From positions 1 to 5,682 of IMG/VR virus record IMGVR_UViG_3300013863_000007: a stretch of 5,682 nucleotides of DNA; one strand, given 5' to 3'. A program made the translations under genes and the position numbers. Position 1 is the stretch's first letter. Every line of letters starts with the position of its first letter. This DNA is from a virus. Shown here one piece after another: positions 4,071 through 5,682 of this stretch. Under the pieces are notes generated by a model, which did no database searches, was not told the DNA's origin, and saw only the letters and a list, made by a program, of their open reading frames with translations.

Positions 4071-4085
4071 AAATGGTAATTTAGC

Positions 4086-4352
4086 ATGGATATTTTCAAA
4101 GCTGTTTTAATTGATGTAAAGACGGGTGATTTTAATAATTTAGTATTTGAATCAACTAAGTATGATATGGGGCTTGGTAAAGATGTTCCCTGTTCTGTTC
4201 AAATCATGGTTTCGAAAGAACATGAGTTTATGATTCCTGAATATAAAAAATATATTGGTAATGAGTTTACAATACCTGTACGTTTACTTGTTACAAAGAA
4301 ACAGTCTATTATGCGGATTACTGGCTCTGACGGTCTTCCTCTTTCTGCTTAG
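4086..4352 (+). CDS. 88-aa protein in the gV (ssDNA-binding protein) position. Function is inferred from size and synteny only.
   Basis: It is the first + strand ORF after rep, 88 aa (M13 gVp is 87 aa), soluble-looking, with no TM. I saw no recognisable sequence similarity to M13 gVp and no clear SD. Confidence 0.6.
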   Translation: MDIFKAVLIDVKTGDFNNLVFESTKYDMGLGKDVPCSVQIMVSKEHEFMIPEYKKYIGNEFTIPVRLLVTKKQSIMRITGSDGLPLSA

Positions 4353-4371
4353 GCTAAAAGGATTTTAAAAA

Positions 4372-4554
4372 ATGTCTTACGAGTGCAAAACCTTAACTCC
4401 ACCTTCGGCAGGTACTGCACAAGTTTGCATCGAATGGCAGGAAGCTAGCTTTTTGCCTGAATTAACTGGGGCGGATCGTGATGTCATTCTCCAGTGGGCT
4501 ATAGGGATTTTCGCATTGGTCTTTGTAGTTAAAAAAATAATGCGGTTCTTTTAA
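4372..4554 (+). CDS. 60-aa coat-like membrane protein (acidic N-part, C-terminal TM, basic tail KKIMRFF). Candidate minor coat protein (pVII/pIX analogue).
   Basis: AAAGGA lies upstream of the ATG. The TM is ILQWAIGIFALVFVV followed by KKIMRFF. There are two Cys (C5, C19). It sits immediately upstream of the major coat gene, as pVII/pIX do in Ff. Confidence 0.65.
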   Translation: MSYECKTLTPPSAGTAQVCIEWQEASFLPELTGADRDVILQWAIGIFALVFVVKKIMRFF

Positions 4555-4575
4555 TAACTAACTGAGGCTCATCTC

Positions 4576-4815
4576 ATGAAAAAAACAACTCAAAATCGCT
4601 TAGCGGTTATCAATCGTAAAAATGTTGCTACTTATGGTTTAGGGGCTACTGTTTCAACTGCTCTTATGTCAAGCAATGCCAATGCTCTTGATGTGTCAAC
4701 TGCTTTAACTGGTGCTGATGCAGAAGCGAACATTGAAACTGGTGCTCTTTGGGCGTTGGGTATTGTCGTAGTAATTTACGGTGCAAAAAAAGTTATCGGC
4801 TTCTTCGGTCGTTAA
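4576..4815 (+). CDS. Major coat protein precursor (pVIII-like), 79 aa. Predicted signal peptide cleavage is after ANA, giving a mature protein of about 42 aa.
   Basis: SD GAGG (4564..4567) lies 8 nt before the ATG. The mature part LDVSTALTGADAEANIETGALWALGIVVVIYGAKKVIGFFGR shows the canonical acidic N-terminus, hydrophobic core and basic C-terminus of inovirus major coat proteins. Confidence 0.85.
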   Translation: MKKTTQNRLAVINRKNVATYGLGATVSTALMSSNANALDVSTALTGADAEANIETGALWALGIVVVIYGAKKVIGFFGR

Positions 4816-4832
4816 TTTTTGGAGCCAAGAAA

Positions 4833-4904
4833 ATGACAGAATCTGATCTTAACTGGATTATTTTAGCTGTTCTTTTCTTGGCTTTTTATCGTCTGCTTAA
4901 ATAA
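4833..4904 (+). CDS. 23-aa hydrophobic peptide (MTESDLNWIILAVLFLAFYRLLK), not in the ORF track. Candidate minor coat (pVII/pIX-like).
   Basis: GGAG (4821..4824) lies 8 nt before the ATG. It has an acidic N-terminus, one TM and a basic C-terminus. It fills the gap between the coat gene and the g3p gene. Confidence 0.5.
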   Translation: MTESDLNWIILAVLFLAFYRLLK

Positions 4905-4927
4905 GAAATTAAATATTTGGGGGTTTT

Positions 4928-5682
4928 ATGAAAGCGTTTAAATATTTAATTTTTACTTTTATTTTGTTTCTTTCTTCTTTTGCTTTCGCTGCTGAGCAGT
5001 GTATTTATGTAATTAATGTTTATGGTACTAATTCTCAACATTCTTCTTTATCTTCTGCCTGTGAAAAAGCCAAGCAAGTAATGGGTCGAACTGCTCCTGA
5101 ATATAGATGTGCCTTAATTGGTAGTAATATTGAAATTCTTAATCAGTATGGTTCTTTGGGTCAAGCGGGTTATAAGAGTTGTCAACAAATACAATGCCCA
5201 TCTGCTACTTCTAGAGATTTGAAAGTCGGTGTTAATTCTAAAAGTTATGTTTGTGTTTCAGGTTGTCAATATAAATTGCGTGCTTGTGTTGATGTAGACA
5301 TGGAGCCGGGCATGACTTGTAGTGCTATTTCAACTGGACAAGATTGTGGAACAAATCCCCCACCTCAAACACCAGATCAAAATAATCCAACTCCTGACCC
5401 TGCAACTCCTGATCCTTCTGATCCTGATGGTCCTCCATCAGAAAACACAGCTAACAGTGAAAGTACCAGTACGTCTACCAGTACCAGTACATCTACGAGT
5501 TCAACTGAAAATAATACGAATATTACTAATACAACGACTAATACAACCACTAATACAACAACCAATACCATTATTAATTTAGATAGATTGGAAAGTGTCA
5601 TTAAAAATATGACTTCTGTTTTATCAAATAAATTGGATGCCATTTTAGGCAATATGGATCAGGACGGAGGTTCTGAGGGTGG
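4928..5682 (+). CDS. N-terminal part of the g3p-like minor coat/adsorption protein. The full gene is 4928..5555 joined to 1..497 and encodes 374 aa.
   Basis: I translated it by hand and found no stop to the window end. GGGGG (4919..4923) lies upstream of the ATG. The signal peptide is MKAFKYLIFTFILFLSSFAFA/AEQ. A 10-Cys N-terminal domain is followed by Pro-rich (PTPDPATPDPSDPDGPP), Ser/Thr (STSTSTSTSTSTS) and Asn/Thr (NTTTNTTTNTTTNT) linkers. It continues in frame into 1..497. Confidence 0.85.
   Translation, partial: MKAFKYLIFTFILFLSSFAFAAEQCIYVINVYGTNSQHSSLSSACEKAKQVMGRTAPEYRCALIGSNIEILNQYGSLGQAGYKSCQQIQCPSATSRDLKVGVNSKSYVCVSGCQYKLRACVDVDMEPGMTCSAISTGQDCGTNPPPQTPDQNNPTPDPATPDPSDPDGPPSENTANSESTSTSTSTSTSTSSTENNTNITNTTTNTTTNTTTNTIINLDRLESVIKNMTSVLSNKLDAILGNMDQDGGSEG
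5462..5569 (+). repeat. Coding micro/minisatellites in the g3p linker: (AGT/TCT ACN)n at 5462..5506, and three 12-nt tandem units ACTAATACAACN at 5525..5560 within the N/T block 5519..5569
   Basis: Tandem periodicity read directly from the sequence. The encoded peptides are STSTSTSTSTSTSST and NITNTTTNTTTNTTTNT. Confidence 0.8.
5556..5682. repeat. Terminal redundancy: exact 127-nt copy of positions 1..127 (circular-contig overlap)
   Basis: Base-by-base comparison by eye shows 127/127 identity. The reading frame of the g3p-like ORF is preserved across the junction (4928 and 33+5555 fall in the same frame). Confidence 0.95.

Larger units (their letters stand above)
1..5555 (+). mobile_element. 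Complete unit genome of a small filamentous (Inoviridae-like) ssDNA phage or episome, circularly permuted, unit length 5,555 nt
   Basis: 1..127 is identical to 5556..5682, and an ORF open to the window end continues in frame at the window start. The canonical inovirus module order is present: Rep, gV-sized ORF, small coat proteins, g3p-like, pVI-like, pI/Zot, non-coding region. All but one gene lie on the T-rich + strand. Confidence 0.85.

Noticed and set aside
5322-5652. ORFs 5322..5582 (+, 86 aa) and 5377..5652 (-, 91 aa)
   Set aside because: Both lie inside the low-complexity repeat region of the g3p gene, in other frames. Repetitive codons keep all frames open. Their products are low-complexity (LLIL.., VLVVV..) artefacts.
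5556-5682. Terminal 127-nt repeat as a biological direct terminal repeat or the junction of a tandem prophage
   Set aside because: The repeat lies in the middle of a gene whose frame is restored only by circularisation. Its length equals a commonly used maximum assembler k-mer. Circular-contig overlap is the simpler explanation, and a tandem RF or prophage cannot be distinguished within this window.
1-5682. Search for tRNA, rRNA, CRISPR arrays, integrase/transposase genes, toxin cargo (ctxAB-like) and a secretin
   Set aside because: I saw no cloverleaf-like or spaced-repeat structures. No unassigned ORF is large enough for any of these proteins. The coding capacity is fully accounted for by the listed genes.

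Overview
The window holds one complete, circularly permuted genome of a small filamentous ssDNA phage (Inoviridae-like). It is AT-rich, with visibly more T on the + strand. Positions 5556..5682 are an exact copy of 1..127, so the unit length is 5,555 nt. The linearisation point cuts through the adsorption-protein (g3p-like) gene, which the ORF track therefore misses as a single ORF. Gene order on the circle is as follows: HUH rolling-circle Rep (2740..3810). One convergent minus-strand 65-aa ORF with a strong SD (3799..3996). An 88-aa ORF in the ssDNA-binding (gV) slot (4086..4352). A 60-aa coat-like membrane protein (4372..4554). The major coat preprotein (4576..4815). An unlisted 23-aa hydrophobic ORF (4833..4904). 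A g3p-like protein of 374 aa (4928..5555 joined to 1..497). A pVI-like protein (497..775). A pI/Zot assembly ATPase (841..2064). Two unlisted small hydrophobic ORFs that share a duplicated translation-initiation region (2160..2246 and 2262..2423). Finally a highly structured ~320-nt non-coding region (2417..2739). No secretin (pIV), integrase, transposase, tRNA or CRISPR is present. The most interesting signals are these: (1) two directly repeated dif-like XerC/XerD sites, which suggest XerCD-dependent (IMEX-type) integration; their XerC arm equals, as far as I recall, the Acinetobacter dif/pdif XerC half-site. (2) A mirror-ordered set of repeats and CCWGG hairpins between those sites, likely origin or packaging signals. 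(3) A putative regulator with a TGTTTAC operator array, placed between rep and the structural module rather than upstream of rep. (4) A hairpin in the Rep leader that reads as an intrinsic terminator only on the minus strand, possibly for a countertranscript. (5) A GC-rich stem-loop island between pVI and pI. All functional calls rest on motifs, size and synteny read by eye. No database search was possible.
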